A DNA stretch of 64,000 nt from Candidatus Eremiobacteria bacterium (GTDB lineage Bacteria; Vulcanimicrobiota; Vulcanimicrobiia; Vulcanimicrobiales; Vulcanimicrobiaceae), in assembly GCA_963758295.1 (NCBI GenBank), contig CAVWUU010000001.1, positions 320,001 to 384,000 on the forward strand, given 5' to 3'. Under the pieces are notes generated by a model, which was not told where the DNA came from, ran no database searches, and worked only from the letters and a program-made list of their open reading frames with translations. The position numbers and the translations under genes were made by a program. How positions within the stretch are numbered: the first letter of the stretch is position 1; each line of letters begins with the position of its first letter. Of this stretch, positions 37,214-46,897 are shown in pieces.

Positions 37214-38170
37214 TCAAACGAGCACTGCGCTCGCGAGTTTCGCAAGCTCATCCTTCGCCGGTGATGCGCTAATGGGCTGCAAGGCACCAATTGCACGTTC
37301 TACAAAGCGAGCGACCTCGGCTCGGGTTCGCTCCAGACCGCGGTGCGCAGCGATCCCGTCGATAATCCGCTGAATTCCGTCGGTCGAACTTCCACGATAG
37401 AAGCGCTCGACGTCGGCCCGGAATTCGGCATCGCCGGAGCGCAACGCCATGATCAGCGGAATCGTCATCTTTCGCTCGGTCAAGTCGTTGCCCACCGGTT
37501 TGCCGACCGATTGTTCGTCGGCGGTAACGTCCAGCAGGTCGTCTTGCATTTGGAACGCCACGCCGTAAAGGTCACCGAACTCGCGGAGCGCGGCGACTTC
37601 GCGGACGGATCCGCCGCCCATGATTGCCCCGCACTCGGCCGACGCGGCGAAGAGCGACGCGGTTTTCTTTCGTGCTACTTCTATATATGCTTCAACCGGG
37701 AGTTCCAGTTCGCCCATGGCGCGTAATTGCAGCACTTCCCCGTCACAGATATCCGCGAGCGTAGCCGACAAGATATTGGGGACCGGGTGGGGATACCCCG
37801 CGGTGACGTTCTTGAAGATCCACGCGAAGAGGTAGTCACCGGCCAGAACGCTCACGCGGTTGCCGTAGTCCACGGCGGTCGCGTTGACGCCGCGGCGCGT
37901 TTGCGCGTTGTCGACGACGTCGTCGTGAATGAGGGTTGCGACGTGGATCAGCTCCATGTACGCGGCCAGATGCAGATGCTCTACGGCGATGCCGCCGCAC
38001 GCCGCCGCACAGAGAAGCGTAATGCGCGGACGCAGACGCTTGCCGCCTGCGGCGAGCATACGCTTTACGGCTTCGGTGATAATCGGATTATCGGTTGAAA
38101 ATTTCTCCCGGAAAAACGACTCGACCAGCGTGTAGAGATTCGACTCGTCGCTCTGTATCGCGTCGATCAT
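37214..38170 (-). CDS. Long-chain polyprenyl diphosphate synthase (HepT/IspB-like)
   Basis: GGKRLRP, LIHDDVVD....RRG, KTASLF, FQMQDDLLD and GKPVGND. Confidence 0.92.
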   Translation of the reverse strand: MIDAIQSDESNLYTLVESFFREKFSTDNPIITEAVKRMLAAGGKRLRPRITLLCAAACGGIAVEHLHLAAYMELIHVATLIHDDVVDNAQTRRGVNATAVDYGNRVSVLAGDYLFAWIFKNVTAGYPHPVPNILSATLADICDGEVLQLRAMGELELPVEAYIEVARKKTASLFAASAECGAIMGGGSVREVAALREFGDLYGVAFQMQDDLLDVTADEQSVGKPVGNDLTERKMTIPLIMALRSGDAEFRADVERFYRGSSTDGIQRIIDGIAAHRGLERTRAEVARFVERAIGALQPISASPAKDELAKLASAVLV

Positions 38171-38892
38171 CGCGTTCCGTAATGGATGCAGATGGCGCCG
38201 CCCATCAAACGCAGGAAGCCCGCATCGTGGAAGCCGGCGCGCGTGAAGCGCTCGCGCAGCTCCTCGGCGTTCGGATGGTGCGTCAGCGAATTCGGCAAAT
38301 ACGTATAGGCTTGTTTCGATCCGCCTACGAGGCCGCCGACGATCGGCACCATCTTATAGAAGTACAGATCGAAAAGGCGCTTCCATAACGCGTTGGGCGC
38401 TTTGCTTACGTCCAGATTCACGAAGCGCGCTCCCGGGCGCAACACGCGGCGCACTTCACGAAGCACCTGATCGATGTCTACCACATTGCGCAAGCTGAAA
38501 CCCATCGTCACGCCGTCGAAGGTCGCGTCGCCAAACGGCAGTCCCATCGCATCGGCTTCCACGAATGCCGCGTCTCCTCGAGCCTCTTTCACCGCTCTTG
38601 CGCGCGCGCCGTCGAGCATGGGCGCGCAGAAATCGGCGCCGGTTACATGCAGCGTCGGATCGGTGCGAAGCAAATGGAAAACGACGTCGCCCGTTCCGCA
38701 GCAGAGATCGAGCACATTTCCGCCAGGCGGCGCGCCGAGAATGGCGATAGCGCGCTTGCGCCAGCGCTCGTCCATTCCTGCAGTGAGCACTCGATTGGCT
38801 TTATCGTAACGCGGCGCGATTCGGGCGAACATGTCGCGAACGAACGTGCCTTTGTCGCCGGCCGGCGGGCGAGACATCGGGGTCGAGGTCAT
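38167..38892 (-). CDS. menG: Demethylmenaquinone methyltransferase (MenG/UbiE)
   Basis: MFARIAPRYD, VLDLCCGTGD, GFSLRNV and AYTYLPNS. Confidence 0.9.
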   Translation of the reverse strand: MTSTPMSRPPAGDKGTFVRDMFARIAPRYDKANRVLTAGMDERWRKRAIAILGAPPGGNVLDLCCGTGDVVFHLLRTDPTLHVTGADFCAPMLDGARARAVKEARGDAAFVEADAMGLPFGDATFDGVTMGFSLRNVVDIDQVLREVRRVLRPGARFVNLDVSKAPNALWKRLFDLYFYKMVPIVGGLVGGSKQAYTYLPNSLTHHPNAEELRERFTRAGFHDAGFLRLMGGAICIHYGTR

Positions 38893-38955
38893 GGGCTGCT
38901 CGCTCTTTCCAAGTCTTACGCGCCTTCACCCGCCGGAGGCTAGCGAACGCGACCT

Positions 38956-39870
38956 TTGTCGGGATGTATTGAAGTGATCATCCTCAGTTCTGCCGATGAA
39001 GTCGTCGCCGCGTTGCATACCGCTCGAAACATCGCGCTCGCCGCCTATACGCTGCGGCCCGGCCCCGTCGAACGAGCGCTGATCGCCGCGGCGCGGCGCG
39101 GTGCGCACGTCCGCGTGAGGCTCGAGGGCCGCCCGTTCAACGACGCGCAAGGTCAGCTGCTTACCGAAAACCGCCATACCGTCGCTGCACTCCGTGCGGC
39201 GGGCGCCGACGCGCGCCTGGTAGACGAAAAGGCCGGAAGCGGCGCCCCGCTTCACGCCAAAGCGGCGGTAGTCGACGAACGAGTCTTTCTCGACGACCGC
39301 AATTGGGCCGACGACGGCGCCGAGACGATCGTGCAAGATACGTTTACGGCCGATCGCGATGCGGCGAAGGACGCGGTGCAGGACGAGGGCGATTCGCCGG
39401 AACGTTGGTTCGCGACCCGCAAGCACGACGCCCTGACATTGGAGGCGCGTTTACTACGCGGAGCGTTGAAGGACGAAGACGTTGTGGTCGAAAGCGAGTC
39501 GTTCGGAACGGCCAACGGCGTGTATTCGGCATTGGATGCGCTCGCAAGGAGCGGCGCACGCCCGCGCCTCCTCGTTTCTTCAAGAGATTTGGTCGAGAAT
39601 GTTCGAGAACGTAAAGCGCTCGACACACTGCAACGCGACGGCGTGCAAGTCAGAACGATCGACAGCGACGAAAAATTTGCGCTTGCCGGATCGCGCGCAT
39701 GGTTGGGATCCGCGAATGCCACTGCGGCGTTCGCTAAGCCCGACCAAATCGACTGGGGAGTTCGCACCGACGACGGCGCGCTGATTGCTCATCTGCGCAA
39801 AACGTTCGAGGATCGTTGGAGCGTCTCAACGCCTCTTTTACAAGAGGAGCCCGCTAATGCGCAAACTTGA
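38956..39870 (+). CDS. Phospholipase D-superfamily protein with two PLD-like halves
   Basis: ALIAAARRGAHVRV, LHAKAAVVD, and in the second half EKFALAG..WLGSAN...DWG. The start may be GTG 38974. Confidence 0.75.
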   Translation: MSGCIEVIILSSADEVVAALHTARNIALAAYTLRPGPVERALIAAARRGAHVRVRLEGRPFNDAQGQLLTENRHTVAALRAAGADARLVDEKAGSGAPLHAKAAVVDERVFLDDRNWADDGAETIVQDTFTADRDAAKDAVQDEGDSPERWFATRKHDALTLEARLLRGALKDEDVVVESESFGTANGVYSALDALARSGARPRLLVSSRDLVENVRERKALDTLQRDGVQVRTIDSDEKFALAGSRAWLGSANATAAFAKPDQIDWGVRTDDGALIAHLRKTFEDRWSVSTPLLQEEPANAQT

Positions 39871-40621
39871 AAAGTTCGCGCGCGTTACGATCGGTTGTTT
39901 CAGCGACCTCGCTGACTGAAAGCCTCAGAATGTCGGCAACTTTAGCGGCGGCGTCGTTTACGTACATCGGTTCGTTCCGTTTTCCGCGATGCGGAACCGG
40001 GGTGAGATAAGGGCAGTCCGTTTCCATCACGAGCGGCGAAAGGCCGACGGCCTTTACGGCCTCGCGAACCGGTTCGGCTGTTTTGAATGTCACGACCCCG
40101 CCGATGCCGAGGAGTAAGCCGAAGTCGTTTACGTAGGTTCGAGCCTGTTCTGCATCGCCCGTGAAGCAGTGGATTACGCCGCGCATGCCGGCGGTGAATT
40201 CTTCGCGCAGAATGGCCACGAAGTCGTCGTAGGCGTCACGGTGGTGAAAGATGACCGGCATGTTGCGCTCGCGGGCGATGCGCAATTGTTTGCGAAGAAC
40301 CTCCCGCTGAACGTCTCGCGGGCTGTGATCGTAGTAGTAGTCCAGGCCCGTTTCGCCAACGGCTACGATCCGTTCGTCTTCGAAGAACGGCGCGAATGCC
40401 GAAGCGAGGTCTTCCGGTGCGTCGATCGCTTCGTGCGGATGCACGCCTACGGACGCTAAGCAATCGTAGTCTCGAGCGATTTTCAACGCGCGTTCGCTGT
40501 CGGCGAGGTCGCAGCCGACGTTGACGATGCGTGAGATTCCGGCTTCGCGCGCTCGAGAAAAAACCTCGGCGCGGTCTGCGTCGAATTTTTTGTCGTGAAC
40601 GTGGGCGTGGGTGTCGATCAT
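39854..40621 (-). CDS. tatD: TatD family hydrolase
   Basis: IDTHAH, GVHPH, GETGLDY, IHCFTG and ETDCPYL. Confidence 0.93.
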   Translation of the reverse strand: MIDTHAHVHDKKFDADRAEVFSRAREAGISRIVNVGCDLADSERALKIARDYDCLASVGVHPHEAIDAPEDLASAFAPFFEDERIVAVGETGLDYYYDHSPRDVQREVLRKQLRIARERNMPVIFHHRDAYDDFVAILREEFTAGMRGVIHCFTGDAEQARTYVNDFGLLLGIGGVVTFKTAEPVREAVKAVGLSPLVMETDCPYLTPVPHRGKRNEPMYVNDAAAKVADILRLSVSEVAETTDRNARELFKFAH

Positions 40622-40640
40622 CGCAGACGCGCGTTCGTGG

Positions 40641-42338
40641 TTAGGCGGTTTCTTCCGTCTCTTCGACGATGCGGTTTCGCCCTTGACGTTTCGCTTCGTA
40701 AAGCGCCTTGTCGGCGCGCGCGAGCAACGCTTCGGGAGTATCGCCGGTTGTGGCCGCGGCGACGCCGATAGATGTGGTAACCGGATCGCCGCCGGCATAC
40801 CGCATGCCGCCCAGAGAGATGGCCAATCGTAAGCGTTCGCCGACGGTTAACGCCACGTCGCGCGTGGCGCCCGGCATCACGATGAGAAACTCCTCGCCGC
40901 CTATGCGTCCGGCCGTATCGCCGGAGCGCACGGTGCCGCGCACGATTTCACCGATTTTGCGCAAGCATTCGTCGCCGGCGCCGTGGCCTAGTTGATCGTT
41001 GATCGCTTTGAAGTGGTCGATGTCGAGCAAGAGGACTGCGCCGTGTCCCGCTATCGCGCCAAGCTCCTCGAGCATGGCCTGCAGGCGGTCCATCGTTGCG
41101 CTGCGATTGTACAGCCCGGTAAGGCCGTCCGTCGTTGCGGCGCTTTGCGCAGCAGCGATCGAACGCATGTCACGCAGCAGCGGCGCAAGCTCGTGTGCAG
41201 CGTTGGTGAACTGGGAAACTTGCTCTGTCGTTAAGGGCCGGTCGTTCCGGCGGTGCACGACCATCGCGCCGTGAATGTCGCTTTCGCCGATTTTTGCCGC
41301 GAATGCATAAGCTACGTAGTACTCGTCACGCAACGTCGTGCTCGGACGTCCGCTAAACTTGAGGCGGGCCAGGATGCGACGCCGCAATTCGTCCCCCGCG
41401 GGCGTGAGCGCAGGTCCTAGCGTCGTTACGGTGCGCCAGGCGTCCGTGCGCGCGCCCGTCGCGGCCAGCACCGTCACGGTTTCGTCGAATGCCGGCACGC
41501 GCAGCGTTGCAAGAATCGCATTGATTTGCGGCAGCGGGTCGCGATCGCCGAGCATTGCCTGCACGGCATCGCGAACGAGCCTCAGACGGTGCAATTCCGC
41601 GTGTTGCTCGTCAATCGTCTTTAGCAGGAGCGCCGCAACCGCAACCGGCAGCCACATCGCGATCGCAAGCACGTAATGCCCGCGGAGCAGCGGTTCTCTT
41701 ACGACGCCGGCCCATACGACGTTGCCGGCTGCGACGATCCAGGTGCGCGGATCCCCAAGCACGCGCGTCCAAACGCGCGACAGCGAGATGTGGTACGTCA
41801 ATGCCGAGAGCGGCGCGGAGATTGTTAAGACGAAGGCGGCATTTGCGACGGCGACCAGCCCGGCAAACGCAACCACGCCGAGCGCCGGCGTCACGGACTG
41901 CAGCACCGGCGGAAAGTTTTCCACGAATGGGAGAAACGCGAGCGCGGCGAGCGTTCGCGTTACGCCGTGGCGGAGAAGTTCGGTCGGGGATTTCGAGCGG
42001 CCGATCAACGCAGCCGCGACGTATCCGGCGCTTAAGGCGATCACTACCGCGGTACCGCCGACCATTCCGCCGAGCGCGTACAGCGGCGTTACCACCGAAA
42101 GATCGAGCACGACCGCTTCGGCGTTAAGGCCGTTGCGTTTCATGCGCAGGCCGCGAATCGGCAACGCGTTTATTGCAACGAACGCGATCGTAAGCGCAGC
42201 ACACGCCGTCACGATCCAGTCCTGAATCGTAAAGTTACGATAGAACAGCGCAATCACGATGGCCTCGCCCGCTACGGCGATGGTGCCGCCGCCGGCGGTT
42301 ACAAGGCGGCTTGGCGCCGCGCCGTCACGCGCCGCCAT
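40641..42338 (-). CDS. Membrane-bound diguanylate cyclase (TM sensor + GAF-like + GGDEF)
   Basis: Multi-TM N-terminus; DGLTGLYNR, DIDHFKAINDQLGH, RSGD I-site, GGEEF and ADKALYEAK. Confidence 0.92.
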   Translation of the reverse strand: MAARDGAAPSRLVTAGGGTIAVAGEAIVIALFYRNFTIQDWIVTACAALTIAFVAINALPIRGLRMKRNGLNAEAVVLDLSVVTPLYALGGMVGGTAVVIALSAGYVAAALIGRSKSPTELLRHGVTRTLAALAFLPFVENFPPVLQSVTPALGVVAFAGLVAVANAAFVLTISAPLSALTYHISLSRVWTRVLGDPRTWIVAAGNVVWAGVVREPLLRGHYVLAIAMWLPVAVAALLLKTIDEQHAELHRLRLVRDAVQAMLGDRDPLPQINAILATLRVPAFDETVTVLAATGARTDAWRTVTTLGPALTPAGDELRRRILARLKFSGRPSTTLRDEYYVAYAFAAKIGESDIHGAMVVHRRNDRPLTTEQVSQFTNAAHELAPLLRDMRSIAAAQSAATTDGLTGLYNRSATMDRLQAMLEELGAIAGHGAVLLLDIDHFKAINDQLGHGAGDECLRKIGEIVRGTVRSGDTAGRIGGEEFLIVMPGATRDVALTVGERLRLAISLGGMRYAGGDPVTTSIGVAAATTGDTPEALLARADKALYEAKRQGRNRIVEETEETA

Positions 42339-43876
42339 TAACCGGCTTCGACCAGTTCTATGCGCGGAAACAGCGCATCACCGACGGTGGTTTGCGTTCC
42401 GGGTTCTAGTTTTCCCCAAACAAGCGCTTCGCTCCAGTCGGCGCCCATCGGCCCTTGAATGCCGAGTTGGCGCCAAATCTCCGCGGTGCGCTCCGGCATT
42501 ACCGGATGCAACAACATCGCCAGCCACCGCAAGCCTTCGACCAGATCGTACAGCAGCTCATCGAGCTCGTTATCGCGGCCTTCTTTAGCGAGCGCCCAAG
42601 GCTTGCGTTCATCGATTGCGCGATTGAGCCCGGTCACGAGATCCCACACGGACTCAAGCGCCCCGCGGAACTCGAGCGAAAGAATCTGATGGCGCACGCG
42701 TTCCGGCAAGGCCGCGAAACGCTCGGCAAATTCTTTGGATTGCGAGCGTTGCGGCACGACGCCGTTGCGATATTTCTGGAGCATGGAAAGCGAACGGCGA
42801 ACGAGGTTGCCCAGATCGTTTCCGAGGTCGCTGTTATGACGTTGCGCGATTTTCTCTTCGGAATACGAGAAGTCGCTGCCGAAAGGCGCTTCCCGCAGGA
42901 GGAAATATCGCAGCGAATCCGCGCCGAAGCGCTCGGCGAGCGCGAACGGATCGACGGCGTTGCCGAGGCTCTTTCCGATCTTCTGTCCGTCGAGCGTGAT
43001 CCAGCCGTGCGCAAAGACGAGTTCGGGTGCCTCTTCACCGAGCGCCCACAACAGCGCGGGCCAAATGATGGTATGGAAGCGCGCGATCTCTTTGCCGATC
43101 AATTGCGTCGAAGCCGGCCACAGCTCGTGGAAACGCTCGTCGTCTTCGCTCCAGCCGATCGCGGTGATGTAGTTGAGCAGTGCGTCGAACCAAACGTAGA
43201 TGACGCCCCCGCTATGCCCGGAATCGGTCGATTGGGGTACCGGAATGCCCCAGTCGAAGTTGGTACGCGAAATGGAAAGATCTTCAAGGCCTTCCTCGAG
43301 GATCGCCATCATTTCGTTGTAGACACTGCGCGGACGCACCCATTGCGGGTTCGCGCGGAAATGCTCTATTAGGCGGTCCCGATACGCGGAAAGCCGGAAG
43401 AACCAATCGTCTTCGGAGATCCACTGCACTTCGCGGCCGCACGTGGGGCACTTGCCGTTGACGAGCTTCGACTCGAGCCAAAACGTCTCGTCGTAGACGC
43501 AGTACCAGCCCTCGTACTTCCCGAGGTAGATGTCGCCGCGTTCGCGGAGCTTTTCGAACACGCGCTGCACCTTCGTTTCGTGGCGCGGTTCGGTCGTACG
43601 AATGAAGTCGTCGTATTCCACGTGGTACGTTTCGAAGAGCGACTTCCAGCGCGGCACGAGCGCATCGCACCATGCTTGCGGGTCTTTTCCGGCCGCAGCG
43701 GCCGCGTTCGCGACCTTTTGCCCGTGCTCGTCGGTACCCGTGAGGAAAAAGGCCGGCCCGGCGGTCCGTGCCGTGCGCGACAAAACGTCGGCCACCACGG
43801 TCGTGTACGCGTGGCCAATATGGGGGTTGCCCGAGATGTAATAAATGGGTGTAGTAACGTAATAAGCGGACTTCAT
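42338..43876 (-). CDS. metG: Methionyl-tRNA synthetase (short form, no C-terminal tRNA-binding appendix)
   Basis: YYVTTPIYY...PHIGH, TGTDEHGQK, YVWFDALLNY, KIGKSLGN and LRYFLLRE. Confidence 0.95.
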   Translation of the reverse strand: MKSAYYVTTPIYYISGNPHIGHAYTTVVADVLSRTARTAGPAFFLTGTDEHGQKVANAAAAAGKDPQAWCDALVPRWKSLFETYHVEYDDFIRTTEPRHETKVQRVFEKLRERGDIYLGKYEGWYCVYDETFWLESKLVNGKCPTCGREVQWISEDDWFFRLSAYRDRLIEHFRANPQWVRPRSVYNEMMAILEEGLEDLSISRTNFDWGIPVPQSTDSGHSGGVIYVWFDALLNYITAIGWSEDDERFHELWPASTQLIGKEIARFHTIIWPALLWALGEEAPELVFAHGWITLDGQKIGKSLGNAVDPFALAERFGADSLRYFLLREAPFGSDFSYSEEKIAQRHNSDLGNDLGNLVRRSLSMLQKYRNGVVPQRSQSKEFAERFAALPERVRHQILSLEFRGALESVWDLVTGLNRAIDERKPWALAKEGRDNELDELLYDLVEGLRWLAMLLHPVMPERTAEIWRQLGIQGPMGADWSEALVWGKLEPGTQTTVGDALFPRIELVEAG

Positions 43877-44742
43877 TCGGAGCCTTCATCTTCGGCAGCC
43901 GCGCTTGTGCCCATGCCACGTGCGCGCTTCCGTGCGCTCGCTTGGCTGTAAAGTTCCCGCTTTTCCCCGAGACCCCGCTCTGCGAGCTGCTTGGCGATGT
44001 CTCGTACGCTTTCTCCACGGCCGAGCAGCTCGTCGATGGCTTCCGCCGGATCGCCCGCGTCAGACTCAGGCCGGACGCCTTCGAACGGGGCCACCGCGAA
44101 CGAAATCTCACCCCTAACGGGTTGCTCCAGCCCCGCGGAAACCTCCGCCGGCGTTCCAAGGAGCTGCTGCTCGAACTTCTTTGTATACTCCCGTACCAAA
44201 AAGACTTCGGAGGCCGGCGCGACGTTCGCAAGGTCTGCGAGAGCGGGAACGATGCGCTGGGGCGATTCGTACCAAATCGTGGTGACGCGCTCCGAAAGCG
44301 CGTTCCGGAACGCCGTGCGCCGGGCGCCGCTCGAGCGCGGCGGAAAGCCTTCGAAGATGAAGCGCCGCAGCGGGAAGCCCGAGAGCACGGCTACGCCGAG
44401 CGCTGCGCTCGGCCCCGGAAGCACGTCCACTGCTACGCCCGCTTCACGAGCGGCCCGAACCAGTTCGCTTCCCGGGTCCGATACGCCGGGCATGCCGGCG
44501 TCGCTTACGACGGCCACAAGTTGCTCTCGAGCGCGTTCCAGAATGCCGTTTGTCACGGCTCCCGCGTTCTGTTCTCGATAGCTCCAGAGGTCTTTGGAAC
44601 CAATCTTCAGCGCGTAGAGCAACGACCGTGCGACGCGCGTGTCTTCGGCGACGACCAAATCTGCGTTACGCAGCGTTTCAAGCGCGCGCACCGTGATGTC
44701 GCCGAGATTGCCAAGCGGCGTCGGGACGAAAACGAGCGGCAT
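43873..44742 (-). CDS. rsmI: 16S rRNA C1402 2'-O-methyltransferase
   Basis: VPTPLGNLGDIT, AEDTR, VSDAGMPGVSDPG and YESPQR. Confidence 0.94.
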   Translation of the reverse strand: MPLVFVPTPLGNLGDITVRALETLRNADLVVAEDTRVARSLLYALKIGSKDLWSYREQNAGAVTNGILERAREQLVAVVSDAGMPGVSDPGSELVRAAREAGVAVDVLPGPSAALGVAVLSGFPLRRFIFEGFPPRSSGARRTAFRNALSERVTTIWYESPQRIVPALADLANVAPASEVFLVREYTKKFEQQLLGTPAEVSAGLEQPVRGEISFAVAPFEGVRPESDAGDPAEAIDELLGRGESVRDIAKQLAERGLGEKRELYSQASARKRARGMGTSAAAEDEGSE

Positions 44743-44745
44743 CCG

Positions 44746-45981
44746 TTACGACCGGATGACGCTCCAGATTTGCGACAACTTGGGCGTGCGTCCGTAAAGC
44801 AGCATGCCAACCCGGTAAATGCGTCCTGCAAGGACAGCGATTGCCCATAGCGCGACGATGTTGATTCCGAGCGAAAGCACGATTTGCCAAACCGGCACCG
44901 TGCCGACGGCAATTCGCGCAAACATTACGAACGCCGAGATCAACGGCACGAAGCTGCAGGCAACGGCCCACGGCGCGTCGGGCGTACCAAGCGCTCCGAT
45001 CGCAACGAAGAGTGCACCGACGACCGCAAAAATGAGCGGCGTGCTTATGCTGCCGAGATCTTCGGTGCGGTTCACGAGCGATGCGATTGCCGCGAACATC
45101 GTCGAAAGCTGGAACAGCCCGATCACGAAAAACAACAAGAACGCGAACACGACGCCGGGTGTAATGACGTCGAACATGCCGGCGAATGAAAACGCGTTAC
45201 TACTAGCGGACGACGCCGTTGCTGCGGAAGCGCCTCCAGCGGGATTTCCGCCGAGCAAAACCATTGCGCCGAACCAGACGACCATTTGCATCACCGCGAG
45301 CGTTACCGCGGCCAAGATTTTCCCGGTCAGCAGCGCGGATGGATCTACGGAGGCAACGAGCAGTTCGGCGATGCGGCTCGTTTTTTCTTCAGCCACCGAA
45401 CTCATGACCAGCTGGCTGTTCATTAGAATCAAAATGTACAGGAAGAAGATCAGCGTGTAGGCGATGACGCGCGCCTCGGCAGCTTGATCCGACGAGGAAA
45501 ATTTCGATGCAACCGTTTGCACGTCGATCGGAATGGTCGTGATGCGTTTGACGTCCGCGGCCGATCGCTGCGTAACGATCTGCAGTTGCAACGGAAGCAG
45601 GTCGCGATTGATTCGTGTGGGTTCCATGCTGCCCGGATCTGCTGCGCGCACGGTTACGCGCAGGCCGCTCGCTGTTTTTGCAAGCATAATCGCGGCGCTT
45701 GCGTGGTGATTTTTGAGCGACGCTTTATCGATTGCTTGCGGAGGCAGTTCGGCCTTGATCGTGTAGTCGTGTTCGAGCAACGGACGCGCCGCGCTCGTAA
45801 CCGGCGCAGAGCCGACAAGAACGATCGAGTTTGAGCCCTCGAAGGCATTCTCGAAAAGGTGCGGCAATTTCGTGAAAATCAGAATGAATACAACGCCGAC
45901 CGCGAGGCCGATCACGAACGGCTTCGATTTGAGACGGCGCGCAAGCTCCGCGCTGTAAACGGTGCCGACGGCATCAAACAC
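44746..45981 (-). CDS. ABC-2 type permease (NatB/YhaP-like)
   Basis: SVAEEKTSRIAELL...LLTGKI and GRIYRVGMLLYG. GTG 45981 overlaps the ATPase stop. Confidence 0.85.
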   Translation of the reverse strand: MFDAVGTVYSAELARRLKSKPFVIGLAVGVVFILIFTKLPHLFENAFEGSNSIVLVGSAPVTSAARPLLEHDYTIKAELPPQAIDKASLKNHHASAAIMLAKTASGLRVTVRAADPGSMEPTRINRDLLPLQLQIVTQRSAADVKRITTIPIDVQTVASKFSSSDQAAEARVIAYTLIFFLYILILMNSQLVMSSVAEEKTSRIAELLVASVDPSALLTGKILAAVTLAVMQMVVWFGAMVLLGGNPAGGASAATASSASSNAFSFAGMFDVITPGVVFAFLLFFVIGLFQLSTMFAAIASLVNRTEDLGSISTPLIFAVVGALFVAIGALGTPDAPWAVACSFVPLISAFVMFARIAVGTVPVWQIVLSLGINIVALWAIAVLAGRIYRVGMLLYGRTPKLSQIWSVIRS

Positions 45982-46876
45982 TGGCGTTTTCTCCGATTGC
46001 TCGTAAGTAGATCTCGTGAAGCGATGGTTCCATCGCCTCGAATTGCGTGATGCCTTCAGCCGAAACGAGTGCGCGCAGAAGCGCTGCAAAATCGGTATCG
46101 GCCGGAACGACGTAGTTGACTTCGCCGTTCTGTCGCGTCGGCTTGGCTCCGGGCACGTTACCGAGGATGGCGTTTACTGCGGCGCTTCCCGGTGAGACGC
46201 GAACGACCCGAGTCGGCCACATGTTGCGAAGTTCCTGAAGCGTTCCGCTCGCGCGGTTCTCGCCGCCTGCGATAATCGTAAATTCGCTACACAGAGCCTC
46301 GAGCTGCCACATTTGGTGGCTGGAGAGCACGAGCGACGTTCCTGCCGCTTTGATCTCGTTGAGAACGGAAAGCAGCATGTCGGCATTCACCGGGTCCAGA
46401 CCCGAGAATGGTTCGTCGAGCACGAGGAGTTCCGGCTTGTGCACCGCGGCGCATGCTACTTGCACTTTTTGCTGGTTGCCTTTGGAGAGTTCCGAGCACG
46501 GCCGGTCCGTATAGGCGTTCAGCTCCAGGCGCTCGATCCAGCGCGCCACGTTCGGCTGGATATTCGGTTCTCGCATGCCGTGCAGTTTTGCGAAGTACGC
46601 GATCTGCTCGCGAACTTTCATCTTTCCGTACAAACCGCGTTCTTCGGGGAGATAGCCGAAATGCCGGCGCATCTTGTTGTCTACGGGTTTACCGTTCCAC
46701 CGAATGCTGCCGCCATCGGGCATGAGAATGCCGAGAATCATGCGCATCGTCGTCGTCTTCCCTGCGCCGTTTGGCCCAAGCAGTCCGAAGGTGGTACCGT
46801 CTCCGACGGTCAGCGAAACGTCCCGGACGGCACGAATCGAGCCGAACTCTTTACGAACGTGATCGACCTCTAACAT
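45974..46876 (-). CDS. ABC exporter ATP-binding protein (NatA/YhaQ-like)
   Basis: GPNGAGKTT, GYLPEERGLY, LSKGNQQK and LDEPFSGLDP. Confidence 0.9.
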   Translation of the reverse strand: MLEVDHVRKEFGSIRAVRDVSLTVGDGTTFGLLGPNGAGKTTTMRMILGILMPDGGSIRWNGKPVDNKMRRHFGYLPEERGLYGKMKVREQIAYFAKLHGMREPNIQPNVARWIERLELNAYTDRPCSELSKGNQQKVQVACAAVHKPELLVLDEPFSGLDPVNADMLLSVLNEIKAAGTSLVLSSHQMWQLEALCSEFTIIAGGENRASGTLQELRNMWPTRVVRVSPGSAAVNAILGNVPGAKPTRQNGEVNYVVPADTDFAALLRALVSAEGITQFEAMEPSLHEIYLRAIGENASV

Positions 46877-46897
46877 GTGGGCGCCATTCAATGAAGG

